In this document: one piece after another, positions 58,096 through 58,762 of the stretch | How the letters are laid out: every line of letters starts with the position of its first letter | How positions within the stretch are numbered: position 1 is the first letter of the stretch | DNA from: Bacillota bacterium | Lineage (GTDB): Bacteria > Bacillota > DTU025 > JANLFS01 | Length of the DNA stretch: 58,762 nucleotides | Direction of reading: 5' to 3' | Assembly (NCBI GenBank): GCA_024655925.1 | Contig: JANLFS010000005.1 | Coordinates: 1-58,762 of the forward strand | Made by a program: the position numbers and the translations under genes | Notes under the pieces: generated by a model | Seen by the model: only the letters and a program-made list of their open reading frames with translations | The model's database searches: none | Told to the model about the DNA's origin: nothing

Positions 58096-58762
58096 GTACG
58101 CCTGGCATGGAGCTATGTCTACAGGGTGAAAGTCCCGAGCGGCGAAGGCGGCAGTAGCCATAGCTCAAGGCAAGGGTGTCCGCCGCGAGGCGGAATCTGA
58201 AGGAAGCCGGCGGCAAACCTCCGGCCCGACGAACAGAAACCCCATACAAGGCCAGGGACAGTTGGATGAGCTTGCCTAGCAAAGCGAAGTCCTTGCCGCC
58301 GAAGGCTGCCCAGGGTAGATGGGGCGGGTAGATGGAGGGAAAGACATAGTCCTTATCCAGGGAGGCCTGCCGGGAACGCTGGAGAATCCGGCAACCCGCG
58401 TCGGAAGGCGCGGCTGAACCGGCAGGAGTCAGCAGAGGCCATACTACCCGGAGGCGGCGCCGCGTCCGGGGAAGGGCCGAACGTGAGACGAGGGTGTGAA
58501 ATGCCGAGCTCGAGAGAGGGACGCCGACAGCCGAATATCCCGCAATGGAGCTGCCTGCGGAAGGATGCGGCGAATCCGCAAGGGGCCGCGGGAGCGCCTA
58601 GTTCCTCTTCGGCGCGAAGCATGGAGCGACCCTGCGGGAGATCTGGGGGAGTGATGGAACTCATCATTGAACCGGCCAATGCGAAGGCAGCCCTCAAGCG
58701 AGTGGAGCGAAACCGGGGGGCAGCTGGTCCTGATGGCATGGCGGCGGAGGTCCTCCGCCGCC
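58096..58762 (+). mobile_element. group IIC intron (domains I-IV, 3' part beyond the window)
   Basis: GUACGCCUGGCAUGG, AGGGUGAAAGUCCCGAGC, GGGUGUCCGCCGCGAGGCGGAAUCUGAAGGAAGC, GGAUGAGCUUGCC, GGGAAAGAC and CAGCAGAGGCCAUACUACCC follow the Oceanobacillus iheyensis IIC intron sequence as I remember it. It begins 5 nt after the terminator U-tract. Confidence 0.8.
58654..58762 (+). CDS. group II intron reverse transcriptase/maturase (N-terminal 36 codons, 3' partial)
   Basis: MELIIEPANAKAALKRVERNRGAAGPDGMAAEVLRR matches the ..A..RV..NKGAAGVDG.. RT-0 motif. ATG behind GGGGGAG. Confidence 0.8.
   Translation, partial: MELIIEPANAKAALKRVERNRGAAGPDGMAAEVLRR

Overview
High-GC, tightly packed bacterial chromosome segment. 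PyrR attenuators, a T-box leader and obg-nadD-yqeK-rsfS synteny suggest Bacillota, yet it also encodes an outer-membrane-type beta-barrel, so a diderm high-GC Firmicute lineage is my guess (inference only). No searches were run. Products are called from motifs I can read in the translations. Many starts are moved from the ORF track to the first start codon that has a plausible GGAGG-like RBS. Left to right the window contains: (1) a LarA-type racemase and a tartrate/D-malate dehydrogenase, then a thioredoxin / small CXXC / polyferredoxin triad. (2) A sigma-54 controlled tctCAB + malic enzyme operon on the minus strand. (3) A GbsR-type regulator with a MacB/LolCDE-like ABC transporter, a LolA-like protein and a beta-barrel. 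(4) A junkyard of gene fragments with a decayed IS3. (5) A PyrR-attenuated pyrR-BCKDFE operon. (6) Two sugar-phosphate TIM-barrel genes. (7) A relic zone holding an IscB-like tail, an HTH-WYL-WCX regulator and an orphan type I-E CRISPR repeat, followed by an SbcD/Rad50-like pair whose catalytic motifs are degenerate. (8) A 17-kb N-heterocycle catabolic supercluster: ThrC-like, hydantoinase, YgeY, PreT/PreA, MocA, XdhC, two molybdenum hydroxylases and SsnA. (9) A small radical-SAM/SPASM RiPP-like cluster with an unlisted 33-codon candidate precursor. (10) A Spo0B-like histidine kinase overlapping obg, then nadD, an RRM protein, yqeK and rsfS. (11) A Leu-type T-box leader with a complete tRNA-Ala(GGC) nested inside it, and a group IIC intron inserted just after the T-box terminator, running off the window. 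The most unusual items are the tRNA-in-T-box plus intron arrangement, the uncharacterised RiPP cluster, and the WYL-linked membrane-anchored pseudo-Rad50/Mre11 pair. Most long antisense ORFs in the track are high-GC shadow frames.
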